Origin: Octopus sinensis
Lineage: Eukaryota
NCBI RefSeq assembly: GCF_006345805.1
Contig: NC_043001.1
Span: 87,544,001-87,608,000, forward strand
Direction: 5' to 3'
DNA length: 64,000 nt
The translations under genes and the position numbers were made by a program. Position 1 is the first letter of the stretch, and the number at the start of each line of letters is the position of its first letter. Shown piece after piece: positions 40,801-51,459 of the stretch. The notes beneath the pieces were generated by a model. It made no database searches, was not told where the DNA came from, and saw only the letters and a program-made list of their open reading frames with translations.

Positions 40801-43800
40801 AAATGTAAAAATGAAATATTATCTGTACAACATTTAGTTTTGCTTCTCTATATTAGCAGTTTTAATCCTTTAGTCAACTTTGCATATCATTGTTCTGCAA
40901 TTGAAGATCTAAGTACAAGTCCTGTACAAGTGTTTGGTTTTTCATCTATACTCCACCCTTTGTTATAATCTAAGAAATCCTTGTAATTACAAAGAAATCT
41001 ACAGGCTAGCTTTTGACAGTCAATTGAAGTAAAAATTATTTTGTTTAATATTCCTTTAATGATAAGAAAACCATGAACAACATACATTTTCAAGCCACTA
41101 CTTTAAATATTAATGAAAATGATTTCTAACATGAGGATAAAACCACATGCTTTTAGGGGTGGATGTACTTTACTAGATCAACCTTATACTTCATTGATGC
41201 ATCTTTTAACAACCTTGGAAGAGTAGCTGTCAGTATATCAGTTTCTTTCTGATTTAACATTAAAGTCTTGCTTTTTATCCTAAAGCTAATAAAATAAGTA
41301 CAAACAATATACCCCTCCTCTATAAAATGTGAAAATGTAAGAAATCTTTAAAGATAGTTGAGTACTCATCTAAATATCTTGCTTAATGCTGAGTTCAAAC
41401 ATTGCTGTCAGCTTGGTCATTCATTCTTCTGTTCCCAATGAAATAAGTACCAGTCACTCTACTAAACTCCTTTGTCACTTCTCTAAAATTTGTAGTTTCA
41501 GACCTACTTTAGAGATTATTAAAATCCTTTTTTTTTTTTTTGTATAATTATTACTAATCCACTTTTTTTGTGTGTGTGTCTCATTAGGATTTTGAAGGTG
41601 ATGATATTGTAAGTTTATGTGAGATGTTAAAACAGCTGGCTACTGATGGCAGTAAACATCGTGCCAAAAAGGATCGGCGGCAGCAAAGATCTACCTTCAG
41701 AGGGATATTGAAGTTTATAGAGGTTAGTATTGTTATTACTGTTCATTACAATATAACTTTTTGCATTCTATTGTCATCTCTTTTGTGAAATTTGGCATCC
41801 TAAGATTAGCTTTCACCACTTCTGCCATGTCTTTCTTAGTCATTCTCTCCCACATCTCCCATTTGAATCTCTTGGCACTTCTTTACCCAGCTGCCATCAT
41901 CATCATCTATATGCAATACATCTCCATAGCAGTGCTGTCTTCTTTCTTGTACACAGCATATGAGTAGGACTGGTGATGGCTTTCCTTTTATACATAGTTT
42001 TTCTCGTTTTTTACAGCTTGCATCACCTTAACTTTGCTTTAGCCTCTCAACACCATCATTGTTTAATGTCATCATCATCATCATCGTTTAACGTCCGCTT
42101 ACCATGCTGGCATGGGTTGGACGGTTTGACTGAGGACTGGCGAGTCAGATGGCTGCACCAGGCTCCAATTTTGATCTGGCAGAGTTTCTACAGCTGGATG
42201 CCTTTCTTATCGCCAACCACTCTGAGAGTGTAGTGGGTGCTTTTTATGTGCCACCGGCACAAGGGCCAGTCAAGCGGTACTAGCGACGGCCACGCTCAAA
42301 TGGTGTTTTTTATGTGCCACCTGCACAGGAGCCAGTCCAGCGGCACTGGCAACGACCTCACTCGGATGGTGCTTTAACATTCCACTGGCATGGGTGCCAG
42401 TCAGGCAGTGCTGTCATCGGCCATGTCAGCGATTTTGATTGTGATTTCACTTGCCTCAACAGTTCTTCTCAAGCAAAGTTTAGTGTCCAATGAAAGAAAG
42501 GTACACATTAGCATGGAAAAAGGACGTTAAACGATGATGATGATGATGAAGTAGGCTTGTTACACAGCTGGCATGGCCACAGGTTATGGTCTCACTTGGC
42601 TTGCTTGGTCTTCTCAAGCACAGCATATTTCCAATGGTCTCGGTCACTAGTCATTGCCTCAGCGAGGCCCAATGTTCGAAGGTCATGCATCACCACCTCA
42701 TCCACAGATTCCCTCAACTGCTAGGGTGTGACACTTTTTCACACAGTTGTCCTCACCCATTCACACCACATGACCATACAGCGCAGTCATCTCACTTGCA
42801 CACCACATCTGATGCTTCTTAAGTCCAACTTTTCTCTCAAGGGGCTTACACTGTCGTGTATGCACACTGACATTACACATCCAGCGGAGCATACTGGCTT
42901 CATTCCTTGCAAGTTTACATATGTCCTCAGCAGTCACAGCCCATGTTTCACTACCATGTAGCATCGCTGTTCATATACATGCGTCATACAGTTTATCTTT
43001 TACTCTGAGCAAGAAGCCTTTTGTTACCAGCAGAGGTAGGAGCTCTCTGAACTTTGCCCAGCAGCTACACTTTCGGAGCATCCACGCCCTCTACTGACTT
43101 TGTCACCCAGGTAACGGAAGCTGTCAACTACTTCTAGTTTTTTCCCTGGAATGTGACAGAAGTTGTTCTCTGCACATTTCCAGTGTTTATTGCTCCTATC
43201 TTCCCAGTTAGCATTCCTTTGATATTGCTTGCAACTCTTATGTGTCCATAACTTGCACTGGGTACATCTTATAGAGTTTCTACCTACACCTTTTCTACAG
43301 ATCGAGTAGGGCCATCTACCTGATTGTGGTTTGTCTGCCTTCCTACTTATTAAGACTTTGGTTTTACCTAGGTTGACTCTAAGGCCCTTCAATTCTAATC
43401 CTTGCTTCCACACCTGAAACTTCTCTCTAGTTCTGATAGTAACTCAGCAATAAGAGCAAGGTCATCAGCATAGAGGAGTTCCCAGGGGCATCCTGTCTTG
43501 AATCCCTCTGTTATTGCCAGGAGGACTATGATAATTAGGAGGGGGCTGAGGACTGGACCTTGGTGGACCCCTACCTCTACATGGAATTCTTCACTACTTG
43601 TTACCAAACCTCACGTTACTGACAGCATGCCTGTACATGGCTTGCACAGCTCTCAGTAACCATTCATCTAGCCCTAGTTTCCTCATTGACCACCAGATAA
43701 GGGATCGGGGGACCCTGTTAAAGATTTTCTCCATGTCAACAAAAGCCAGGTACAGGGGTTTATCTTTGGCTAGGTATTTCTCCTGCATCTGTGTTAACAG

Positions 43801-46800
43801 AAATATAACATCAGTTGTGCTTTTCCCTGGCACAAACCTAAACTGCATCTCATCTAGACCTCCATGAATTTCATTACCTGATCCAAGAGCTTGATACCTC
43901 TGTAATTATTTGTATCTAATGCATCACCTTTACCTTTGTAGCAGTTGACTATGGTGCTGCTACGCCAGTCATTGAGTATGACTGATGTATCCTGTGCTTT
44001 TGTTGTGCCATTTGATCTCCTGCATGTTTTAGCCCTGTTCATTTATACACACTTGTGTTTTAGGTATCAACTGATGTACCCATTATTTCAGTGATGTGAT
44101 TATATATATATATATATATACTAGCAGTATCGCCCGGCGTTGCTCGGGTTGTAAGGGAAATAACTATATAAGCATTTTTAGAGAGTTATAGCCAAAAAAT
44201 AGCAAAAAAATGCATTAAAAATTGGAAAAAAATTAAGGTAAATTTTTTTTTTTAATTGTTGACACATCGTAGGTATTTTTAGAGAGTTACTTCCCTTATA
44301 TAAAAGCAAAAAAATGCATTAAAATGGAAAAATATGATGGTAAATTTTTTTTAAATCGTAGACGCGCGCTAATACCCAGAAGGGCTCGATATGAATCACG
44401 ACTATAAGATACCCGCTTTTGGTTAAACTGCACCGCAAAATGTGGGAGTAGTTACGAATCTAAATCGTAGGAGACAGACACAACTTCACTCTTATATAAA
44501 GATGCTTTTTTTTTTCAGTCATAGAGTTAGATTTATGAAGGTCTTCAGTAGAAAATCCTTTGAATTCTGAATCGCTGCTTGATATAATGAAATTCGTATC
44601 CATTTTTTGTCAGAATTACAAATTTTGAAAACACAATAGGAACAAATTTCGGAAAAAAATCTCCCATAATTCACGGAATTAAAATTACACTTCGATTTTT
44701 GTACAAAACTGTATTTGAAGTGTTTACGAAGTATAATACGTGTTTTCACGAATATACTAAAGAGATTTACTCTGATATTCTCATTTAAATATGAATAGGT
44801 AAATTCGGGCGGTTTGGTAATGAAAGGGTTAAACGGATGCATACATTTATTAATAACTATATATAAGTGTCATCTGTTTATACATAAACACTGTTTCATA
44901 CTTTCAGTTTAGTCTTCCTCAAATCACTCTGTCGCTATTTACTCTCTTCCAAGAACATTTTCACTCACTCTTATCTCTTAGCTTGCCATAGTTTAGTCTT
45001 CCTCAAATCACTCTGTCGCTATTTACTCTCTTCCAAGAACATTTTCACTCACTCTTATCTCTTAGCTTGCCATACATTTTACTCATGTATCTATCAGCGT
45101 GATAGACAGAAACAAATATTACATCGCCATCGCATTCTATTGTCTACCTGTCAACAAAGACACAGTGAATTAGTTTCACTTTATTCGTTGCACACTCTGT
45201 GTGTGTGTGCGTTTGCGTGTGCTGTAAACCAGACTAAGAAAAGCATTTGACATACACACCAGAATGTGAGTTTTCTGTAAATTTTGCTTAATTGGAGTTT
45301 AAATTTTAAAAACTGGACCTGGCATGATCCGATGCATTCTACTCTTAAAAATGCTAGGTAAATTGTAATTGAAGAAATCCTATATTGTAGATTTCTATAA
45401 GTGACAAAGGGAGGCAGATAAAATCTGCCTTTTATAATAAGAGATATATATATACACACTAGCACTATAACCCAGCAATGCCGGGTCATAGTGCTAGTGC
45501 ATGCATATACAGCTGCGTGCGTGCGCACATACACGCGAGTACTGTCCATATCTCCGACCAATCACATACAGCTGGCTGGCATTCAATTGGCTTATCAAGT
45601 TTTGGGCATTTTGATAGGGTTTTGGATAGAAAATTCACAAAAATATCACGTCTATTGATTTTTTTAATGGCTTTGCGAGGCGACTGAGGAAATGTAAAGA
45701 TGTGCACGACCACCCTTGGACGGTTTTGAATGACCATAGAAAGTATGAGCCCTCTAACTGAAAAATTGTGAATTTGTATTAAGGACACGCACACACACAG
45801 ACCGAAATTTTGCCGTTTATATATATAGAGATAACTGTATTATCACTAGACATCCTCTAATCTCAAGTTTGATGTCCCTATTGTAATGTTTTAATATGTA
45901 TGTTTGTGTATCTATTCTTGTAGGATTTGGAGAGTCCTGCTGACATGATCAAATTTGGACCAGAGTGCCTTTACCTAGACAGCTGGGCGAGGAAGAAACA
46001 GTACGATAGCTTCTGTCAAGTTCTTGGGTCAGGTACTCCTCAACATTTTCAGGTAAATTCAACAATTTTAAGCCCTTCACCTCATTTTCACAATGTAATT
46101 CCTACTTTACTACCTCACGTGTGTATTTAAGTGTATGCATTGTATATGAATACTTTTAATTTTTTCACTGATTTCAGTCGTTTTACCATATCTATGTTGG
46201 GGGTTCAAAACCTTAGTCAAATATATCTGCCTCATCCAGTGTGGTTACTCGTTCTATTTTCCTTTATTTACCGAATGCCTGGGTTTAACTTAACTTGCCT
46301 TTACTACTAAGGAGTTATCTCTCCTTACGAAGTAAAATTGTTCAATCTCATCTAACGTGTGCAAAGCTTAAATAAGTTGAGTTGAGATGGAATATACAAT
46401 GAAACATTTTACATTGTTAAAAGAATAAACATTACACATTTCTAATGTATTGAGTCCTTTATTGAAGTATAGTCTTCGAACGCTAGCAATGTATGGGTTA
46501 ATGATTTTATTTATAATTAATACTTCTGCCTTGATGTTTATAATATTTTTGATTTTGTTCATTTATTCATTTGTCGATTTTCTTTGTATAAAGAAAATTC
46601 TGCTCTAAGTTAAGTGTCAACTGTTTCCACCAATTATAAAGATCTTTTGTTTGCTTGTTTTTTTATTTCATAATTTGTCTCTTCTTTCAGGCCAACTATT
46701 TGTTGAGGGATGTCTTTGACCTTGGTGCTCCTTTACTTGAACTAGATGGCTTCAATCATAGACCAAAGAAAATGACGAAGGGAGAACGGGTAAGTTTATT

Positions 46801-49800
46801 AAATGTTGTGCACCTGGCTGCAAGATTTGTACATTTAACTAATTACTGTCTTGTGGCTTTTGTTTCTTAATACAAGTTTGTTGCAGTTGATATCCAACCT
46901 GAATAACTGCAAGTCAGTGTCTGCTGCTAAAATCTGGACTAGATATTTAAGCTCCGGGTGGCTGTGTTATACCTATCACTTATGTGATAATCTCTTTTGA
47001 AATATTTGTATGTATGACATAGCAAATTCACACTATTGAGGTTGTTCTACTTGAGTTTCTGTTGGTCAATATCTGTAGAAAAACTGAACAATTGTTGCAG
47101 TTCTGAAAAAGAAAGATTAGTGGAAGAGTTTTGGTGAAGGAGTCACAGTAGAAAAAATAACAGTGGTACTCATCTTGTTGGTTCAGAAAAGAGGGAATAA
47201 TTATTTATGTAATGAAAGAGAAGACAGGAAGGATGCAGTTTGTCATTGAGGTGATGGTGTTGGTTGTTTCATTGCTAGACAAGTTTTCGTCTAGTAGGCT
47301 GAGATTCAAAAGCCATGTTCCTGTAAATATGCTTAATTAAGAAATACTCCATTTTCTTGTAGTATTAACTTTCAAACAACCTGGTGGCCTTAAGAAGCTA
47401 ATGGGAGAATACCATAGTACTCAACCTCTATGCACCCATCCTAATCAACTTTGAAAGGAACCTCTTCTGACCCTAATTGACATTCTTCTAATGATGGTTA
47501 TTTGACTTGATGGCATGAAGTTTAATATAACCAAACCATTGCCAGAGTTGTCACTGTACTGCTAAAGATCTAATTCTCCACTAAGTTCTATTTATAAATA
47601 GAATTTTGATGTTGCCTTTTAGGTGGGTGATGGCTGTTTTATAGCAGTTAGTCCTTTTGAAAAATGGTAGTTCTCATCATTAAAGATGTAATTTTAATTA
47701 ATTCAAATTTATTGGCTTTCTGTATGGTTCACACCCAGTCACTGGTGATGTGTTATATGTAATTCTGGTGTGCACTTTCAATAATCCCATCAAATATGAA
47801 ATGATGCATATATTGGAGATGATGAAATTGTTTTAAAGTTACTTACTTTGTTTCCTTGTTGCACATAGTATGTTCACCTGTTGCTGAAGGTATTGAATTC
47901 AGACAAGTGTCAGGAATTCAAATTAATCGTAAATTCTACATATAATGAGACTTCATGACAGCAGGTAAGGTGATTGTGTGATGAGACCAATATTTACTTA
48001 AGTTTACATTTATGTTTTTGATATCAATACACTTGAAACAACCCCTGGATATGTATGCAAAAATTGTTGCTCAACCTGTTAGGAATAGCAGTCAAATTTC
48101 ACCCACACATTGGACACTAGTCACTGATATACAAAAAAGGAAAGACAATCTATAAGGTCAGAAATGGATCTCTTTTAATAAATACTAGCAGTATCGCCCG
48201 GCATTGCTCGGGTTTGTAAGGGAAATAACTATATAAGCATTTTTAGAGATGTAAAGTATAATAGCCATCTCAATATGGTTAACCACAAAGGTGGGGGTGT
48301 TACTGTAGCTTTTTACGTTCTGAGATTTAATAATAAATTTTTAGAGAGTTACTTCCCTTATATATGCCAAAAATGCATTAAAAATGGGAAAAATTGATGG
48401 TAAATTTTTTTTTTAATCTTAGACTCATCGTAGACGCACGCTAATACCCAGAAGGGCTCGAGGTGAATCATGGCTATAAGATATCCGGTTTTGGTTAAAC
48501 TGCACTGCAAAATGTGGGAGTAGTTAGGAATCTAAATCGCAGGAGACAGACAGCACACAACCTCACTTTTATATATATAGATAAGCACACTGCCTTGCAG
48601 GTCAAGTGGTGATATAGAGTTCTCTATCTGTGTTGAATCACACTCACTATCTCTACATTCTCTTCATCTTGGTATATCAGTTGTTATTTATGGCATTCCC
48701 TCTCAGTCTATCTATATTCTATTTCAAAGTCTCCATGTGAGTGGTTGGATAGTGTTGGCAATGTAGTATCTGAAGAGCTTGATGCATTAAGCATCTCAAA
48801 GTGTGTGTGTTTCTATGTAAATATATTTATGGACATAGATATGCTTATGTATGTATTATCATCGTCGTTTAACATCTCCTTTCTATGCTGGCATGGGTTG
48901 GACGGTTTGACCGAGGACTGGCAGGCCAGGAGGCTGCACCAGGCTCCAATCTGATTTGGCAGAGTTTCTACAGCTGGATGCCCTTCCTAACACCAATCAC
49001 TGAGAGTGCTGCCAGTCAGGCAGCACTGGCATCAGTCACACTTGAATGATGGTTTTTACATGCCACCTGCATGGGTGCAGTCAGGCGGCACTGGCATTGG
49101 CCACAACTACGGTTTCTCTTGGTTCGACAGGTTTTCACAAGCACGGCATATTGCCCAACAATTGAAGGCTGCTTTTAAATGGGCCAGTTAGGTGACACTG
49201 GCATTGGCCACAGTTACAATCTCACTTGGCTTGCTGGGTCTTCTCAAGCACAGCATATCTCCAAAGGTCTCAATCGCTTGTAATCACCTCTGTGAGGCCC
49301 AATATTCAAAAGTTGTGCTTTATCACCTCATCATGTGTCTTCCTGAGTCTAACACTTCCACAAGTTCCCTCCACTGTTAGGATGTGACACTTTTTCACAC
49401 AGCTGTCCTTATCCATACACAACACATGACCATACCAGTGTAGTTGTCTCTTGCATATGACATCTGAAGCTTCTTATGTCCAACTTTTGTCTCAGTGTCC
49501 TTACACTGTCGTGTATGCACACTGATATTACACATCCAGTAGAGCATACTAGCTTCATTTCTTTCAAGCTTATGCATGTCCTCAGCAGTCACAGCCCATG
49601 TTTCACTGCTGTATAGCATGGCTGTTTGCACACAGGCATCATACAGTCTACCTTTCACTCTGAGCGAGAGGCCCTTTGTTACCAGTAGAGGTAGGAGCTC
49701 TCTGGACTTTGTCTAGGCTATTCGTATCCTATCAGCTATGCTTTCAGAGCACCCAGACCCGCTGCTGAGTTGGTTACCTAGGTAACAGAATCCATCAACT

Positions 49801-51459
49801 ACTTTTAGTTTTTTCCCCTGGCATGTGATGAAATTTGTTTTCTATACGTCTTCAGTGCTTATTGCACCTGTGCATCTGTCGCACACAAAAACTATCATCC
49901 TAGTTAACCTTCATTTGATATTGCTGCACTTATGTATCCATAGCTTATACTGTATTCATGCCTTTTCTATAGATCGAGCAGGGCCATCTACCTGAAGGGA
50001 TTTGTGATTTGTCTGCCTTCCTACTTACTAAGACTTTGGTTTTTACTAGATTGACTCTAAGGCCATTCGATTCTTGACCTTGCTTCCACATTTGAAACTT
50101 TATCTCTAGTTCTGATAGTGACTCAGCTATTAGAGCAAGGTCATCACAGAGGTACCCTGTCTTGAATTTCTCTGTTATTGCCTGGAGGACTATGATGAAC
50201 AAGAGGGGGCTGAGGACTGATCATTAGTGAACCCCCATTTTTTGAATTCTCTACTGTACTCGTTGTCAACCCTCACCTTACTGACAGCATCCTTGTACAT
50301 GTCTTGTACAGCTCTCACCAACTACTCATCTATCCCTAATCTCAGCATCGACCACCGGATAAGGGATTGGGAGACCCTGTCAAAGCCTTTCTCTATGTCA
50401 ACAAAAGCCAAGTACAAAGGTTGATCTTTGGCTAGGAATTTCTCCTGCAGCTGTCTTACTAGAAATATAGCATCAGTAGTGCTTCTCCCTGGCACAAACC
50501 CAAATTACATCTTATCTAAACTAATTCTCTCCCTAATTAGTTAGGCTATGACCTTCTCTGTGACTTTCATCACCCGATCTAACAATCTGATACCTCTGTA
50601 ATTGTTTCTATCTAATGCTTCACCTTTACTTTAGTAGCAGTTGACTGTGGTATTCTATACCAGTCATTGGATATGACTCCTTCATGTATCACTTGGTTAA
50701 CTATATGGATGACTAGACTATCGCCTACACCAAGGGGTGTAGCTAGGGTAGATGGCACCTAGGGCAAGCATCAGAATTGTCCTTCCCACAACAAAATGTG
50801 GTAACTCACATAGAAATGGCTGAATCAGAAAAATTGCGCCCCACTCAAAGTGGTGCCCTGCTTGCCCCACCCTAGCTATACCCCTGCCTACACTGCCTTT
50901 GAAAAAGTAAACTCAAATGACAGAAAAATCCACAACTTTGTGTGTAGACTATAAAAATGGTGCATGCACACAAAAAGTTGTTTGTATTCTTGCACAGAGA
51001 AGATATTTAAAATCATACTAAGACTTTTGATCTGCTGGTTTATCCATGATATTATACATATTGTATAGTTGTTATATCTGAGCATAGCTTGTCTTTAACC
51101 CTTCTGATACCAACTCATTTGAGACTGCCTCTGGCTCTGATACAAACCGTCCATCAAAGTTTCATGTTAATTTACATTCCAAACACCAACTTAACCACAA
51201 AATTATTTTTAAAATTTTCAAATAATTGATATGAAGTCTATTTCAACAGAATTTGGTAACAAAAGAGTTAAGAGCACTTTTTGCTTGACAGTAGATTATA
51301 ATAAACTAATCCATCAACTTAAATGTTTTTCCCCACACTCTAACAAATATTTTTTTTTATATATTTCAGAACTACTACAATATATCGGTGGAGAAAAAAC
51401 GTACCAAAGCTCGTGCTAAGAATCGTGACAAGAGATCTGTCACTGTGAGTTGTTACTGA
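5989..51459 (+). CDS. IFRD1: Interferon-related developmental regulator (IFRD1/IFRD2 family), 12 coding exons, 433-434 aa
   Basis: join(5989..6010,27546..27668,30339..30426,32180..32260,34128..34323,35357..35407,38474..38652,40494..40602,41588..41722,45924..46052,46691..46789,51370..51459) totals 1302 nt, all GT-AG with matching phases. Family motifs LLKKGKCEEQ, SALSAWTLLL, DVELRIVAGETIAL, LATDGSKHRAKKDRRQQRSTFR, LLRDVFDLG, RTKARAKNRDKR. Confidence 0.93.
9770..10410 (+). repeat. 341-bp-period tandem duplication
   Basis: tacaccaaatgtaatggc...cgcgttatat occurs at 9770 and 10111; the unique parts appear identical and are joined by (TA)n(TG)n. Confidence 0.92.
14540..14735 (+). repeat. Dispersed repeat core (SINE central-domain-like); inverted copy ~3200-3340
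   Basis: gagcactccacagacatgtgtgcctttaacgtagttctc...gacaaggttggccctttgaa aligns in reverse with 3200-3340. Confidence 0.55.
16908..17054. mobile_element. hAT/Charlie-like MITE (related copy at 7239..7350)
   Basis: Imperfect TIRs CAGGTGTGGGCAA / TTGCCCATGACTC flanked by ctaga; the copy at 7239-7350 shares gggcc.ca.tttgcccatgact. Confidence 0.6.
26038..26636. repeat. ~600-bp foldback (long imperfect inverted repeat), TA-bounded, in IFRD1 intron 1
   Basis: 26038-26270 is the reverse complement of 26324-26363 plus 26456-26636 (e.g. taattcaccatcactaaacagtga / tcactgtttagtgatggtgaatta). Confidence 0.85.
27546..27668 (+). CDS. IFRD1: IFRD1 exon 2 (alternative start 27543 via tandem CAGCAG acceptor)
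   Basis: Polypyrimidine tract then gacagcag|GT CGA; encodes RRGAGSRPSSDDEIDTPDNQSVVSSISDDG...EEGH; donor G|gtaatt. Confidence 0.85.
28659..29897 (+). mobile_element. Full-length dead mariner (Tc1/mariner, D34D) in IFRD1 intron 2
   Basis: TA|TTGGGTCA...TGACCCAA|TA termini. Transposase remnants HILLYEFNKG, WVPHKL, VVTGD*KW, FHQDNA, HPPYLPDITPSDYHLF with 34 residues between the 2nd and 3rd Asp; multiple stops and frameshifts. Confidence 0.93.
30339..30426 (+). CDS. IFRD1: IFRD1 exon 3
   Basis: ttttag|AT GCT...; DADGEVDESTVQQNFEDNLRECIDGLMEK; donor AG|gtaagc. Confidence 0.9.
32180..32260 (+). CDS. IFRD1: IFRD1 exon 4
   Basis: ttccag|T CAA CAA ACG CGT; SQQTRINCLNNLIKALSTKYICDFLLN; donor GT|gtgagt; fills the SAKTRQAAL-equivalent gap in phase 2/2. 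Confidence 0.88.
34128..34323 (+). CDS. IFRD1: IFRD1 exon 5
   Basis: ccccag|C AAA TTC; KFTIVESLLRLLKKGKCEEQVLAAHCVGQLFVQLG...ARQK; donor gtaacc. Confidence 0.92.
35357..35407 (+). CDS. IFRD1: IFRD1 exon 6
   Basis: ctgcag|TGT GCC; CADTLSICSFVACRDVL; donor gtaagg. Confidence 0.88.
36843..37070. mobile_element. TTAA-bounded MITE (piggyBac-like ends); related elements at ~18329-18546, 22914-23140, 51095-51271, 56089-56509
   Basis: TTAACCCTTTAGCATT ... AATGCTAAAGGGT(C)AA termini; the other copies begin TTAACC and end AAGGGTTAA or AAGAGTTAA. Confidence 0.65.
38474..38652 (+). CDS. IFRD1: IFRD1 exon 7
   Basis: ttcag|ATG ATG; MMRKIMGSLEQVFKESY...SALSAWTLLLSIAP...VD; donor AG|gtttgt. Confidence 0.92.
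40494..40602 (+). CDS. IFRD1: IFRD1 exon 8
   Basis: tttgcag|C CAT TTG; HLGNVISMLESPDVELRIVAGETIALMYELQRGIDQ; donor gtaaat. Confidence 0.93.
41588..41722 (+). CDS. IFRD1: IFRD1 exon 9
   Basis: cattag|GAT TTT; DFEGDDIVSLCEMLKQLATDGSKHRAKKDRRQQRSTFRGILKFIE; donor gttagt. Confidence 0.93.
42068..43990 (-). mobile_element. 5'-truncated RTE-clade LINE in IFRD1 intron 9
   Basis: Frameshifted RT segments NYRGIKLLDQVMK, QFRFVPGKSTTD, AFVDMEKIFNRVPR, HQGPVLSPLL, LLYADDLALI, FRYLGD; ends in a (CAT)n tail on +. Confidence 0.92.
44121..44502 (-). mobile_element. Non-autonomous Helitron
   Basis: On - strand: A|TC... 5' end, subterminal hairpin CCCGAGCAACGCCGGG, ...CTAG|T 3' end, no TSD; near-identical copy at 48185..48581. 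Confidence 0.8.
44907..45074 (+). repeat. 84-bp perfect tandem duplication
   Basis: gtttagtcttcctc...gcttgccata repeated at 44907 and 44991. Confidence 0.95.
45459..45831 (-). mobile_element. Non-autonomous Helitron (different internal sequence)
   Basis: A|TC start, hairpin ACCCGGCATTGCTGGGT near the CTAG|T end. Confidence 0.7.
45924..46052 (+). CDS. IFRD1: IFRD1 exon 10
   Basis: ttgtag|GAT TTG; DLESPADMIKFGPECLYLDSWARKKQYDSFCQVLGSGTPQHFQ; donor gtaaat. Confidence 0.93.
46691..46789 (+). CDS. IFRD1: IFRD1 exon 11
   Basis: tttcag|GCC AAC; ANYLLRDVFDLGAPLLELDGFNHRPKKMTKGER; donor gtaagt. Confidence 0.93.
48185..48581 (-). mobile_element. Non-autonomous Helitron, same family as 44121..44502
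   Basis: Same TC / hairpin / CTAG termini and a colinear internal sequence. Confidence 0.8.
48855..50725 (-). mobile_element. Second 5'-truncated, more decayed RTE-clade LINE in IFRD1 intron 11
   Basis: Colinear with the 42068-43990 copy (GRLYDACVQTAMLYSSETWAVT, DDLALIAESLSEL, NNYRGIRLLDRVMK); the YADD region is damaged. Confidence 0.88.
50732..50886. mobile_element. hAT-type MITE inserted at the 5' end of the RTE fragment
   Basis: TIRs AGGGGTGTAGCTAGGG / CCCTAGCTATACCCCT; 8-bp target duplication (g)cctacac on both sides. Confidence 0.8.
51370..51459 (+). CDS. IFRD1: IFRD1 terminal coding exon 12
   Basis: tttcag|AAC TAC; NYYNISVEKKRTKARAKNRDKRSVTVSCY*; matches the family C-terminal RTKARxKxRDKR. 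Confidence 0.9.
   Translation, partial: NYYNISVEKKRTKARAKNRDKRSVTVSCY

Noticed and set aside
43940-50900. Two RTE copies apparently truncated at the same 5' point
   Set aside because: The second copy continues about 70-90 bp further, past the hAT MITE, so the breakpoints differ
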